Origin: Candidatus Binatia bacterium
Lineage (GTDB): Bacteria > Desulfobacterota > Binatia > HRBIN30
DNA length: 64,000 nucleotides
Direction: 5' to 3'
NCBI GenBank assembly: GCA_038245295.1
Contig: JBBRSP010000002.1
Coordinates: 224,001 to 288,000 of the forward strand
A program made the position numbers and the translations under genes. The notes below the pieces were generated by a model. That model saw nothing but the letters and a program-made list of their open reading frames with translations, had not been told where the DNA came from and ran no database searches. How positions within the stretch are numbered: the first letter of the stretch is position 1; every line of letters starts with the position of its first letter. This document shows positions 36,867 through 46,446 of the stretch, one piece after another.

Positions 36867-37865
36867 TCAGTTGCGTGGTTTAGTGTTGCTATTGAACTGC
36901 GCTTGGATTTCGCTCGTCGATAAGGTGCGGTTCAGGATCTGGACCCCAGAGACCTCGCTATTCGCACCGGGAACCCCGTTGGCGTTCTGGGTGCCAATGT
37001 ACACTTTAGTCTCATCCTGAAAGTCCGGCGGCTTTGGGAACGACTCTTGGGAGATCAGCTTGCCGTCGCCGTAGAGATAGTATCGGCCATTGTTCCAGGT
37101 GCCCGTGACCTGGTGCCACTCGCCGTCCTTCCAGTCACCGATGTTGAATCCCAGACCGCGTTCTTTGCCGTCGGGATCGATGTATTGGAAGCGCATGAAG
37201 TTGACGTTCTTGACCATGTGCATGCCGCTGTCGCCGAGCTCGACGAAGCTCGCATCTTCCTGGTTGGCCTCACCCCACTGCGGTTTGACCCACAAGGAAA
37301 CGGTGCCGTTGGGTCCGCCAATCTTGCCTGTGTCGGGTACCTCGCTGCGGCTGACCGTACTGAATCGCTTGTCGACGCCACTGTCGTAGGCGACCTCCGG
37401 CAAGGGTTGTGCGGGCGCTGCCGGCGCGCTGCCGGCTTGGCCGTCGGTCGGTTCCTCCCCTACGGGTGGTTTGTTTTTCGGTGCAAGCCGTCCGCCGCCC
37501 TGATCGCCGGCCGCGAGCACATCGGATGGTGCGGCCTGTTCTTCGACGATTGGCTGTCCGCCAGCGACGGTACTGCCTGCCGCGCCGGGCCCGGGAGGAT
37601 GAACGGGCTGCAAGCGGCCGCTCTTGTCGCCGGCGGCGCTTGCCGTTGAGCTACCGCTGGCCCCTGCCTTCGCATGTCCGCCTGAGTCGGTGTCGCCGCC
37701 CATACTGTTGCCGGTGTCACGGGCGTGGAATCCAGAATCACCCTGGCCGCGGCCGCTGGCACCAGGTGCCGTGTTGGCACCGTGCTCGTTCGAACCTCCG
37801 AAAAGTACCCAGGCACCGCCGAGAGCGATGGCGCCCGCAACCCCAAAAATGACCGCACGATTCAT
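36867..37865 (-). CDS. Membrane-anchored LamG/concanavalin A-like domain protein
   Basis: N-terminal TM, low-complexity linker, GTVSLWVKP, WHQVTGTW..YLYGDG, NRTLS..EI. Confidence 0.8.
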   Translation of the reverse strand: MNRAVIFGVAGAIALGGAWVLFGGSNEHGANTAPGASGRGQGDSGFHARDTGNSMGGDTDSGGHAKAGASGSSTASAAGDKSGRLQPVHPPGPGAAGSTVAGGQPIVEEQAAPSDVLAAGDQGGGRLAPKNKPPVGEEPTDGQAGSAPAAPAQPLPEVAYDSGVDKRFSTVSRSEVPDTGKIGGPNGTVSLWVKPQWGEANQEDASFVELGDSGMHMVKNVNFMRFQYIDPDGKERGLGFNIGDWKDGEWHQVTGTWNNGRYYLYGDGKLISQESFPKPPDFQDETKVYIGTQNANGVPGANSEVSGVQILNRTLSTSEIQAQFNSNTKPRN

Positions 37866-38029
37866 AATGGCGTAATCTGCGGGGGTCGCTTGCCGAAGTC
37901 AACTGATTCAACGTTGCCGATGGGGCGACGTCGGTGTGCTTATGTAACAAACGTTCCAGAATCTTTGTCGGCGCGCGAAGATTTTCTCGGTGCCGTATTT
38001 TGCCACCCTGACCTGTCATACCGGCGAAA

Positions 38030-38189
38030 GAGTGTGTCGATTTACTCGGAAACCAAATTTGAAACCGAGCAGACCTTTCCATCATACAGGCGAAAGCCGG
38101 TCTCTCGCCAGCTTTCGAGGCTTCCAGCAGGGGGAGATCCCGGTTTTCACCGGGATGACGTTGCTCCACTTTGGTTTTACGACAGTCTC
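38030..38189 (-). mobile_element. Second 160-bp MITE, inserted in a REP loop with GAAA target duplication
   Basis: Reverse complement is colinear with 9993-10152; gaaa at 38026-38029 and 38190-38193. Confidence 0.8.
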
Positions 38190-38474
38190 GAAAGCCGGGA
38201 TCTCCTCGATTGGAAACTGCGCCACCTGCTGATTTCCTATCGACCAACTAGTCGTTGAGGCATGTGTCCTGCTGATTGGCCCCGTACCGCCTCTGACGAA
38301 GGTGGAGGCAAGGACCAAGCGTTGGAATTTCGTCGCTCTGTCGATTCTCTACATCGGAGTTCCAAGCGCCGTGAAACACCAGGCTAAATAAATCCGTCGT
38401 AACCATGGTGGCGTTGATCTTGCCTCCCTAGGAGTTCACCCAAGGAGCGTAAGGGAAAACCCTTGTAACAAAAC

Positions 38475-40217
38475 ATGGACTATGCGGTTCTTGATAGTAC
38501 GCAGCGCTCGTTGCGCGACGAAGTCTTCGGACTGACCGCGCAGCTGCGTTGCAGACTTGCCGCATGGGATGAGGCGCCGCAGGCTGCTGCCACCCGCGAG
38601 CAACTTTTAAGCGCATCGGCGGCGTTGGCGGCCAGTAGCCGCCAGGCGCGCATCGCTCATCTGGATTCGTGGGCCGATCTTCTCAATCGATACGCTCAAC
38701 TCACCGGGCACGGCGCTATTTCTGGCGCAAACGCTGGGATTCGCACCGCACTCGGCTTGTTCGAATCGGTCCTTGAGCCCTGCCTGGAAGGCCTTACCCG
38801 CAGTCGGGTCGAGCGGGTGGATGCCGCCCTTCGGAGCTGCGTACCCGAAGAAGCGCATCGTTGGATCGACATCGAAGCCAGCACATTTCACAACTATATC
38901 GAAGAGTTGAGATCTCCTCCGGCGCCACCTGTCGTAGCGCCGCCAGTCCCGACGGTGCCTGCCGAAGCCGGTGCCACCGAAGAAGCCGACGAAGATGACG
39001 ACTTCTCGCGTGAGCTCCTGGCGGCTTTCCGCGAGGAGGTCACGGAGTGTCTGGAACGTTGCGACTCGTTGCTTGTCCGGCTCGAAAAAGCCGATGATCC
39101 GAGCGCCGAATTAACCTCGTTATTCCGTGAGTTTCACACCATGAAGGGGGCGGCGGCGGCCGTCGACCTGGCTGCTGCGGCTGCGCAGTTGCACGAGGGC
39201 GAATCATTATTGGAGTCGTTGCGTGACGGTGAGCTCAATGTTGAGCGCTCCGCCTTGGTCGACTTCCTCTTCCGTCTGCTCGATTCGGTAAAGGCGTTGA
39301 TCAATCAGAGTCTTGGCGAAGAAGTACCCGCCGGGGCGGTGATTGCTGATCTGCACGCCGAGCTCGCTCATCTACTGACGGATGATTCAGGTCGCCGCCC
39401 TGTCGCTGAGCCAGCCACTCTCCAACCTCAACCTGAGGCGATGCCCGACGCGCCCTCAATGGTCGTCGAGTCAGGCACGAGCCCTGCGGCCGACCAGGGG
39501 GCGCTCCTCGCCGACCTGCGTCGCAAGGCTACCGCCGGACAACTCGACCCGCAGCTTCTTGCCCTGATTGATGCTCTGGATGAGCGTGCCCGTCACTATT
39601 CCGAGGTAGCCGCTTCCCTGCAGGAGGAAGTCGAACACCTGCGCGCCGTCCCAGCTGAGGTTCTGCTGCGTCGCCTCGAACGCCCGGTGCGCGATGCCGC
39701 CCGGCAGGAAGGCAAGCTGGTAGAGCTCCACCTCTCGGGGGAGGATGTTCGTCTTCCCCGCTCGATCGCCGATCGCTTGGCCGGTCCGCTATTGCACCTC
39801 GTTCGCAATGCTGTTGCTCACGGTATCGAAGCTCCGGCGCTGCGCCAGGCAGCAGGCAAGCCGCGCGCCGGCAACATCGAGGTGTCGGTGCGGCTTGAGG
39901 GCACCGAGATCATCGTTTCTGTTGCTGACGACGGCGGAGGCCTCGATCTCAAGGCGATTCGCGCCAAGGCCGCGGCGCGCGGCTGGGTAGAGCCTGATCG
40001 CACCTTGGATGAGCACGTGTTTATCCCGTTCTTGTTTCGTCCCGGTTTTTCGACGCGCAACAGCGCCTCGGAGCTCGCGGGCCGCGGCGTCGGGCTCGAC
40101 GTTGTCGCCGCCGAGGTGGAAGCCCTGGAGGGCTGGATCGAGGTCAAGTCAGAGCCTGCCAAGGGCACACGTTTCACCATTTATCTGGCGCGTGACGGCG
40201 CAGGAGTGAAGCGATGA
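38475..40217 (+). CDS. CheA-like histidine kinase (Hpt + HATPase) lacking the CheW domain
   Basis: LFREFHTMKGAA, HLVRNAVAHGIE, DDGGGLD, FRPGFST, GRGVGLDVV; ends soon after GTRFTI. Confidence 0.85.
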   Translation: MDYAVLDSTQRSLRDEVFGLTAQLRCRLAAWDEAPQAAATREQLLSASAALAASSRQARIAHLDSWADLLNRYAQLTGHGAISGANAGIRTALGLFESVLEPCLEGLTRSRVERVDAALRSCVPEEAHRWIDIEASTFHNYIEELRSPPAPPVVAPPVPTVPAEAGATEEADEDDDFSRELLAAFREEVTECLERCDSLLVRLEKADDPSAELTSLFREFHTMKGAAAAVDLAAAAAQLHEGESLLESLRDGELNVERSALVDFLFRLLDSVKALINQSLGEEVPAGAVIADLHAELAHLLTDDSGRRPVAEPATLQPQPEAMPDAPSMVVESGTSPAADQGALLADLRRKATAGQLDPQLLALIDALDERARHYSEVAASLQEEVEHLRAVPAEVLLRRLERPVRDAARQEGKLVELHLSGEDVRLPRSIADRLAGPLLHLVRNAVAHGIEAPALRQAAGKPRAGNIEVSVRLEGTEIIVSVADDGGGLDLKAIRAKAAARGWVEPDRTLDEHVFIPFLFRPGFSTRNSASELAGRGVGLDVVAAEVEALEGWIEVKSEPAKGTRFTIYLARDGAGVKR

Positions 40218-43200
40218 GCTGGCGTGACGCATTACGCCTACCGGTGGGAGAAGCCGCCAAACAGGGCGCCGCGAAGTTGCGCGAGCAGCTGCAGCGCGAA
40301 ATCACGTTGGGCGCTTTGTTCAAACAAGCCGAAGTAACACAGTCGCGCAGCCGACCAGGCGAAACGCCGCCGGCAACAGCCAACAAGGCGGGTGTCGAGG
40401 CTACACCACGAACCGCCGTAACGGCAGAACCGACCGTCCCGGCTCCATCGACACAACTGTCGGCACCGTCAAATTCGGCACCGACGGCTTCGATGACCAG
40501 CGAATTCGGCAGCGGCAATGCCGCGGTTGCGGTTGCCCACCGAATTGACCCCGATACGTCCACCGACGACGGACGGCACAGCTTCAGAGCCGGTGACTGT
40601 ATCGCAGAGCTCTATGAAATCACCCGTATCGCCGGCCGTACGCCGCACTTCACGACCTACCTCGCCCAGCATCGGGAGTGGAACCGTCCGGTCGCCATCA
40701 AGATCCCGACCTTGGAATTCCTGAGTCAGCCCAACGAGCGGGACCGCTTCATCGCCGCAGCGGCGCGCTGGACCGCGTGTGGCCAGCATCCAAACCTCGT
40801 CTATTGTTATGATGTTCACTTTGTCGACGACCTGCCGCTCTTGGTCGTTGAAGGAGCCGAAGGTGGCTCGCTGCGTCAGACGTTGGCCAGCCGCTCGCCT
40901 GGTCTGCGCACGGGCCTCGCCGTTGCGTTGCAGGTCTGTCACGCCCTGGAACACCTCCACAGCCGCAACTGCTGGTACGGCACGCTGACGCCGGAGAACA
41001 TCTTGTTTGCCGGCGACGGAATCGTGCGTGTCACCGACGTTGGTGTTTCACACTGGCTCGATCATGCCGGTGAGCCATACGTCGCTCCGGAACAATGGGT
41101 CGATAGCTCGGCCGCCGGGCCGGAAACCGACATCTTCTCGCTCGGCGTCTGTCTCTATGAGATCTTCTGCGGTGGCCGACCCTATGAGATGGCACGCGGG
41201 CCGCGGCGCAATCCTCCGGAACCACGCGCCGCCAACGGCGATGCTCTGCCGCCCCTGCTGACCCAATTGCTACGCCGTTGTGTCGATTGGGACCAAACGC
41301 GTCGGCCAACCACCGTCATGGAGATTCGTATTGCTCTGGCGCGCGTCCACGAGGAAGCGCTCGGAACCAGCAGCGTCCTGGCACGCCTCGACATCTCCGA
41401 TTGCGACTCCGACGGTTGGAACAATCAGGGCATGGTGGCGTTGCTGCACGGGCGCCACGATGAAGCAGAAGTGGCTTGGGAGAACGCGCTTGCCGCGGAT
41501 GCGCAGCATCTGGAATCACTGTTCAATCTTGGCGTGACGCGATGGCGCCGCGGCGCGCTCACCGACGAAGCCCTGGTCGGGCAATTGACGCGTATCCGCA
41601 ACGCCAATCCGACGGCCTCGCAACCCGCTCATTTGCTCGGCCTCGTTCATCTGGAACGTGGCGACGCGTCTTCGGCGTTACCCCTTCTCGAGCATGCCGC
41701 CGCGCTCGCTCCTGCCCCGGCAACGGACGAAGCCCTGGCGCTGGCGCGGCGGTTGACGAGTAGCGGCTCTGGTCGGATCTCGCGCGAGTGTAACGGACAC
41801 CTGCAATTCGTCTCGGCAGTTGCGGTGAGCCCAGACGGTAGCTGGATCCTGTCGGCGGGCGACGACAACGCCATTTGCTTGTGGGAAGCGAACACGGGAC
41901 GTCTGCTGCGTCGCATCGATGGGCACACGCGGCGGATCTCTAGCATCGCCATGACGCACGATTCGCGCCTCGCCTTGTCGGGAAGCGACGACTTTACGTT
42001 GCGCTTGTGGGATGTCCGCCAGGGTCGTTGCACACGAACCATCGAGTTGGCCGGTAAGGTCTTCGGCGTCAGCCTAAGTGCGGACGGTCGTTGGGCGGCG
42101 TCTACCAGCTCCGGCACTGACAACTTCCTCGGTGTCGACGGCACGCTGGTCGAGCTCTGGGATCTCGAAAAGGGCAGACTGTTGCGCCGCTTCGAAGGCC
42201 ACACAAACGCCGTGAAGTCCGTCGCCCTCACCCCGGATGGCAAACGTGTTGCCACGGCAGGCGACGATCGATCCGTGCGCGTATGGGATGGCGTTACAGG
42301 GAAATCGCTGCGCGTGTTCCGGGGCCACGAGCACTACGTGACCTCGGTGGCCATCAGTGGCGACGGCTCCCGCGTTCTGTCCGGGAGCTGGGATCGCACG
42401 ATTCGACTTTGGGATGTGCACAGCGGTGAGTGTGTCCGCGAGTTCCCTGGGCATACAGGGATCGTGACGTCTGTCGCCATGAATGGCGATGCCAGCCTCT
42501 TGGCCTCCGGCAGTTGGGACGGAGCAGTGCGCATTTGGGATGCCGAGAGTGGACGCTGCGTCCGCACCTTCGAAGGGCATACCAGCATGGTCACGGGTGT
42601 TGCCTTGAGCTCGGATGGCCGAGTCGCAGGGTCGGGCAGCTGGGATTGTATGGTGCGTGTCTGGGACGTTCCCGGTTCGCGCCCCGCCGTGTGTACGTTG
42701 CAACTGTCGCGTCGTGCCAACGGGTCCTCTGTCGCCGGCAACGAGCCCGATGCGGAGGAGCTACTTGCGGATGCTGAACAGGCGTTGCGTGGGCAGCATA
42801 TCCACGAAGCCTTGCGCTACTACCGTCGGGCTCGCGAGCTGCTCGGAAACAGTCGTCCCGAGAAGGCGCGGGCTCTCGGGAAAGCGCTGGCTCAGCGGAC
42901 CACCAGAGTTGCTGTGGGTAGCACTTGGCCGCTGGCCGAGTGGACGGCGCCCGATCGCGTCGCGGCGCTGGCGGCGGCGTTTGATGCCCGTCATCTACTT
43001 AGTGTTGGACGCGATGCGCGGTTGCGCCTCTGGGATACGGAGCAGGGCCGCTGCGTCCGCGCCATGGAAGGACACGCGGACCGAATTCTGGATCTGAAGG
43101 TCGCACGCCGCGCCGCTCTCGCCGCGTCGTCCAGTGCGGATGGTAGCGTGCGTGTTTGGGATCTCGCCTCGGGCGCCTGCGCGCGCTTGCTCAGCGGCCA

Positions 43201-43822
43201 CACCTCAGCGGTAACCGTCCTGGCAATCGGCGACGACGACCGGCGCCTGGTTTCCGGAAGTTACGATCATACGTTGATGATCTGGGACCTCATGTCAGGC
43301 GCCCATAAGAAGACCCTCGAGGGGCACCGTCGTCAGGTTACGGCTTTGGCGATGGATGAGGCTGGCGGACTTATCGCTTCCGGCGCGTTCGATGGCGAGA
43401 TTCGCATCTGGGATGGCGAAACGGGGGCGACGCTAGCGACCTGGGAAGCCCATCAGTCGGCGGTAACAGCATTGGCATTGAGCTCTGATGGACGCACGCT
43501 CTTGTCAGGCGGAGCCGATGGTACCGTGCGGCTGTGGAAGGTTGGCAGCGGCGAACCCTTGCGCGAATACAACGGCGTCGGCGAGTGCGTCACGGTTCTT
43601 CAATTCATCGCTGGTGGCCGCTGGATCGTCGTCGGCGCCGCCGACGGATGCGTGCGCCTCTGGGATGTGCGCGGCGAACAGGATGAGGTGGTCTTGCACC
43701 GTAGCGATGCGGCGATCACCGCGGTCTCGTTCACACGTGACGAGATCGGCATGTTCGTCGCCGACGGCAACAACCGCATCAGTTCCGTGGAGCTCGAATG
43801 GGAGCTCGAACCGACGAAGTAG
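40214..43822 (+). CDS. Ser/Thr kinase-like (pseudokinase)-TPR-WD40 repeat protein
   Basis: VAIK, PENIL, APE, DIFSLGV; TPR-like WNNQG..FNLG; two blocks of GH..WD repeats; ATGA overlap. Confidence 0.9.
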   Translation: MSWRDALRLPVGEAAKQGAAKLREQLQREITLGALFKQAEVTQSRSRPGETPPATANKAGVEATPRTAVTAEPTVPAPSTQLSAPSNSAPTASMTSEFGSGNAAVAVAHRIDPDTSTDDGRHSFRAGDCIAELYEITRIAGRTPHFTTYLAQHREWNRPVAIKIPTLEFLSQPNERDRFIAAAARWTACGQHPNLVYCYDVHFVDDLPLLVVEGAEGGSLRQTLASRSPGLRTGLAVALQVCHALEHLHSRNCWYGTLTPENILFAGDGIVRVTDVGVSHWLDHAGEPYVAPEQWVDSSAAGPETDIFSLGVCLYEIFCGGRPYEMARGPRRNPPEPRAANGDALPPLLTQLLRRCVDWDQTRRPTTVMEIRIALARVHEEALGTSSVLARLDISDCDSDGWNNQGMVALLHGRHDEAEVAWENALAADAQHLESLFNLGVTRWRRGALTDEALVGQLTRIRNANPTASQPAHLLGLVHLERGDASSALPLLEHAAALAPAPATDEALALARRLTSSGSGRISRECNGHLQFVSAVAVSPDGSWILSAGDDNAICLWEANTGRLLRRIDGHTRRISSIAMTHDSRLALSGSDDFTLRLWDVRQGRCTRTIELAGKVFGVSLSADGRWAASTSSGTDNFLGVDGTLVELWDLEKGRLLRRFEGHTNAVKSVALTPDGKRVATAGDDRSVRVWDGVTGKSLRVFRGHEHYVTSVAISGDGSRVLSGSWDRTIRLWDVHSGECVREFPGHTGIVTSVAMNGDASLLASGSWDGAVRIWDAESGRCVRTFEGHTSMVTGVALSSDGRVAGSGSWDCMVRVWDVPGSRPAVCTLQLSRRANGSSVAGNEPDAEELLADAEQALRGQHIHEALRYYRRARELLGNSRPEKARALGKALAQRTTRVAVGSTWPLAEWTAPDRVAALAAAFDARHLLSVGRDARLRLWDTEQGRCVRAMEGHADRILDLKVARRAALAASSSADGSVRVWDLASGACARLLSGHTSAVTVLAIGDDDRRLVSGSYDHTLMIWDLMSGAHKKTLEGHRRQVTALAMDEAGGLIASGAFDGEIRIWDGETGATLATWEAHQSAVTALALSSDGRTLLSGGADGTVRLWKVGSGEPLREYNGVGECVTVLQFIAGGRWIVVGAADGCVRLWDVRGEQDEVVLHRSDAAITAVSFTRDEIGMFVADGNNRISSVELEWELEPTK

Positions 43823-43900
43823 GTTGGTTGCCGCCCTCGATATGCCAGTGACATCCGTCACCCCCTTGGCGAACTACCCCGAGACAAGTAAGAGACTTCT

Positions 43901-44239
43901 ATGACTACGCATCGGTACAAGGTCCGTTGGATCATTGCCGCCGGCACGCTTGCGCTCGCCCTAACGAGCGCTAGCCACGCGACGCCGGCCAAACCCGCGG
44001 CGCCCGACGCCGTTCAGCTCGCACAAGCGAACCAGCGCGACCCACGCCCCCTCGAGCCGCGCTACGAGCCGGTACCGCCACAGCCGAGGAGCTCGTACAA
44101 TGACGAGTACATCTTCGCCGCCACCAAGGGTGTTGCGCACTCGACGATGATTCCGGCGGCGAAGGTTTCCCTCTATCCCCTTACCGTCATCCTCGACATC
44201 GTCATTCTGCCGTTTGCCGTGATCGGAGGGTTCTTCTGA
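43901..44239 (+). CDS. Small secreted/membrane hypothetical protein
   Basis: Signal peptide; C-terminal PLTVILDIVILPF (YceK-like motif). Confidence 0.6.
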   Translation: MTTHRYKVRWIIAAGTLALALTSASHATPAKPAAPDAVQLAQANQRDPRPLEPRYEPVPPQPRSSYNDEYIFAATKGVAHSTMIPAAKVSLYPLTVILDIVILPFAVIGGFF

Positions 44240-44901
44240 TGATGCGGACGATTCGGACGATGCGACGATACTCCCCCACTTCCGGGACGCGCCGCTTGCG
44301 GGCGATGGTTGCCGTGGGCTTGGCCGCGGTGCTGACACTCGAAGCCGGTTGTGCGGCACGCGCGTCGCGTGGCGGCGAGGGCACGGATAATCCCGATCTC
44401 GACCGGCCGGCGCTCAGTGTCACTCTCGATCGTGATGACATCACCTATCTGGTCGCCGACTATTTGAAGCGCCTGGAGCCCTCACCATTTTGGCAAGAGG
44501 CCGTGATCGGGGCGCCGAAGCCACCGATCGTCGCCATCTGGCCGATTCAGAACTCGACAACCCAGCACCTCGACGACCAGATGCTGACGTTGCTGTCTTC
44601 GATCGAAACCTCGCTGGTCAACACCGGCCGCGTACGCGTCGTCGACCGCGCCAGCCAGGAAGCCCTGGCGCGCGAGGTCGGCGTCCAGCAAGGCTCGGCG
44701 TATGACCCGAGTGCGGCGCAGCGCATGGGCAAACGCCTGGGGGCGCAATACTTCTTTACCGGCAAGATCACGTCGGTTGACGAGCGCCTCAACAACACGC
44801 GCCGGGTTCAATACTCGCTCTTCCTGCAGGTCATCGAGATCGAGACCGGCTTGATTCGCTTCCAGAACGAAGTGACTCGATCGAAGTCGCTGGAAGGTTA
44901 G
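44239..44901 (+). CDS. LpoB/CsgG-like lipoprotein (start uncertain)
   Basis: EAGC lipobox; IQNSTTQHLD..LVNTGRVRVVDR..GKRLGAQY..IETGLI. Confidence 0.8.
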   Translation: MMRTIRTMRRYSPTSGTRRLRAMVAVGLAAVLTLEAGCAARASRGGEGTDNPDLDRPALSVTLDRDDITYLVADYLKRLEPSPFWQEAVIGAPKPPIVAIWPIQNSTTQHLDDQMLTLLSSIETSLVNTGRVRVVDRASQEALAREVGVQQGSAYDPSAAQRMGKRLGAQYFFTGKITSVDERLNNTRRVQYSLFLQVIEIETGLIRFQNEVTRSKSLEG

Positions 44902-44965
44902 TTCGCGAGTTCTTCCGAGAAGCCTCGTCGCGCCGGCGGCGCGACGAGGCGGAGCACTGATCAAG

Positions 44966-46336
44966 ATGTGTTCGTCGAACGCCCCTGTGCGTTGCCGCTT
45001 GCGTGCCGCAGCTCGCCGTGGGGCAGTGGCGTTGCTCGTCGCCATCGCTTTCACGGCCTCGGGATGCGCCACATATGTCGACCATCTGCAGCGCGCCAGC
45101 AATGCCGCGTCTGGGGGCGATTACAATCAGGCTCTATCTGAGGTGAACACCGTCCTCGGCGTCAAGAGCAGCGACGAGCTACCGACCCGGTGGAGTGGTG
45201 ATCAACCGCTGACCGTGCTGGAGCGCGCTTCGCTGCAACAAGCGGTTGCCCGTTTCGGCCCTGCCTCACGCGACATGTCGGGCGCCGAGGCCCGACTCGA
45301 GTTGCTCGACCTCAAAACCGATCCGGTCGGCACCCTCGGCAGCTATCTCTTCAGCGATAGCGTCAAAACCTACAAGACGCCGCCGACGGAACGCCTGGCC
45401 CTGAACGCTATCAACATGCTCAACTTCCTGGCCCAGGGAGATCTTGATGGTGCCGCCGTCGAAGCCCGACGCTTTCAGGTGATGCGTGATTACCTGGCGT
45501 CGGTCGATGTGAAAGCTGACGGACCGGCAACCCTCGGGACCTACCTCGCCGGATTCATTTTCGAGCGTCGCGGCGAGGGAGATCGCGCGTTGCGGTACTA
45601 CGAGGAGGCGCTGAGTGGCGGAGCGCTGGAGTCCCTCGATGCCCCTATCTCGCGGTTGGCCCGCAAGAATCCCTATCGCGGGCCAAAACTGTCTGAGGTT
45701 CTGAAGCGCAGCCCCGCCGCCAAAGCGACCGAATCACCGCGCGAGCTGTTGGTGGTTGTGAGTGCCGGCCGTGTGCCGCACCGCGAGCCGCGGCGCGTTC
45801 CAGTCGGCCTTGCAGTGGGCATCGCGGGAACTTTTCTCAGCGGCAATGAAGACTTCCTGAAGTACGGTGCCTCGAAGGTCGTGGTGTATCCCGATCTCGA
45901 ATCGACGCCGAGCGTACTTGGCCCGCCAGCCGTCCAGATCGACGGGCAATCAATCCGCGTCGAGGATCTGACCAACCTGGGAAACGCGATCCGCAGGGAG
46001 TTCGACGACATGCGCCCAAAGATCGTAGCGGCGGCGCTGACACGCATGGCGGCACGTGCCGCCATGGCCGAGGGCGTGCGCGCCGGCGCTAGCAAGCAGG
46101 GAGATGCTGCCAGCGCGATTCTCAGCATCCTGTTCGAGACCACGCTAGTGGCCCTGGATCGACCTGACACCCGTTCGTGGATCATGCTGCCCGATCGTGT
46201 GCTCGTCGCCCGTGTGCCGGTGGCGCCGGGCACACACAGCGTCGACGTGGACTTCGGTGGTCGCGCCCAGCGCCAGGTATCGGTCGATGTCGGCGACAGC
46301 GGCTATGCGGCTGTCGTTATTACCGAGCCGCGCTGA
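44966..46336 (+). CDS. COG3014-like TPR lipoprotein
   Basis: ASGCA lipobox; AAVEARR, PDTRSW..LP; typically adjacent to LpoB-like genes. Confidence 0.75.
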   Translation: MCSSNAPVRCRLRAAARRGAVALLVAIAFTASGCATYVDHLQRASNAASGGDYNQALSEVNTVLGVKSSDELPTRWSGDQPLTVLERASLQQAVARFGPASRDMSGAEARLELLDLKTDPVGTLGSYLFSDSVKTYKTPPTERLALNAINMLNFLAQGDLDGAAVEARRFQVMRDYLASVDVKADGPATLGTYLAGFIFERRGEGDRALRYYEEALSGGALESLDAPISRLARKNPYRGPKLSEVLKRSPAAKATESPRELLVVVSAGRVPHREPRRVPVGLAVGIAGTFLSGNEDFLKYGASKVVVYPDLESTPSVLGPPAVQIDGQSIRVEDLTNLGNAIRREFDDMRPKIVAAALTRMAARAAMAEGVRAGASKQGDAASAILSILFETTLVALDRPDTRSWIMLPDRVLVARVPVAPGTHSVDVDFGGRAQRQVSVDVGDSGYAAVVITEPR

Positions 46337-46388
46337 ACACGCATCCAGGTTCGGTTGGCCGGAACCAAATCGGAGCAGGGCCGATCTG

Positions 46389-46413
46389 GTACGGGCGGTT
46401 CGGGAACCGCCAC
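46389..46413. repeat. Degenerate GTAGGGGCGGTT-type REP
   Basis: gtacgggcggttcgggaaccgccac resembles the reverse complement of 51343-51376. Confidence 0.55.
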
Positions 46414-46446
46414 GTCGAACCGCAGGGTCACATTAAGACATCAAAG

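Noticed and set aside
38230..38474. Long intergenic regions (also 32090-32316 and 60604-60810) as riboswitch or known ncRNA
   Set aside because: No recognisable conserved motif by eye; needs an Rfam scan
41790..43800. WD40 repeats as a hypervariable, concertedly evolving array
   Set aside because: Repeats are clearly diverged at DNA level; no near-identical units seen
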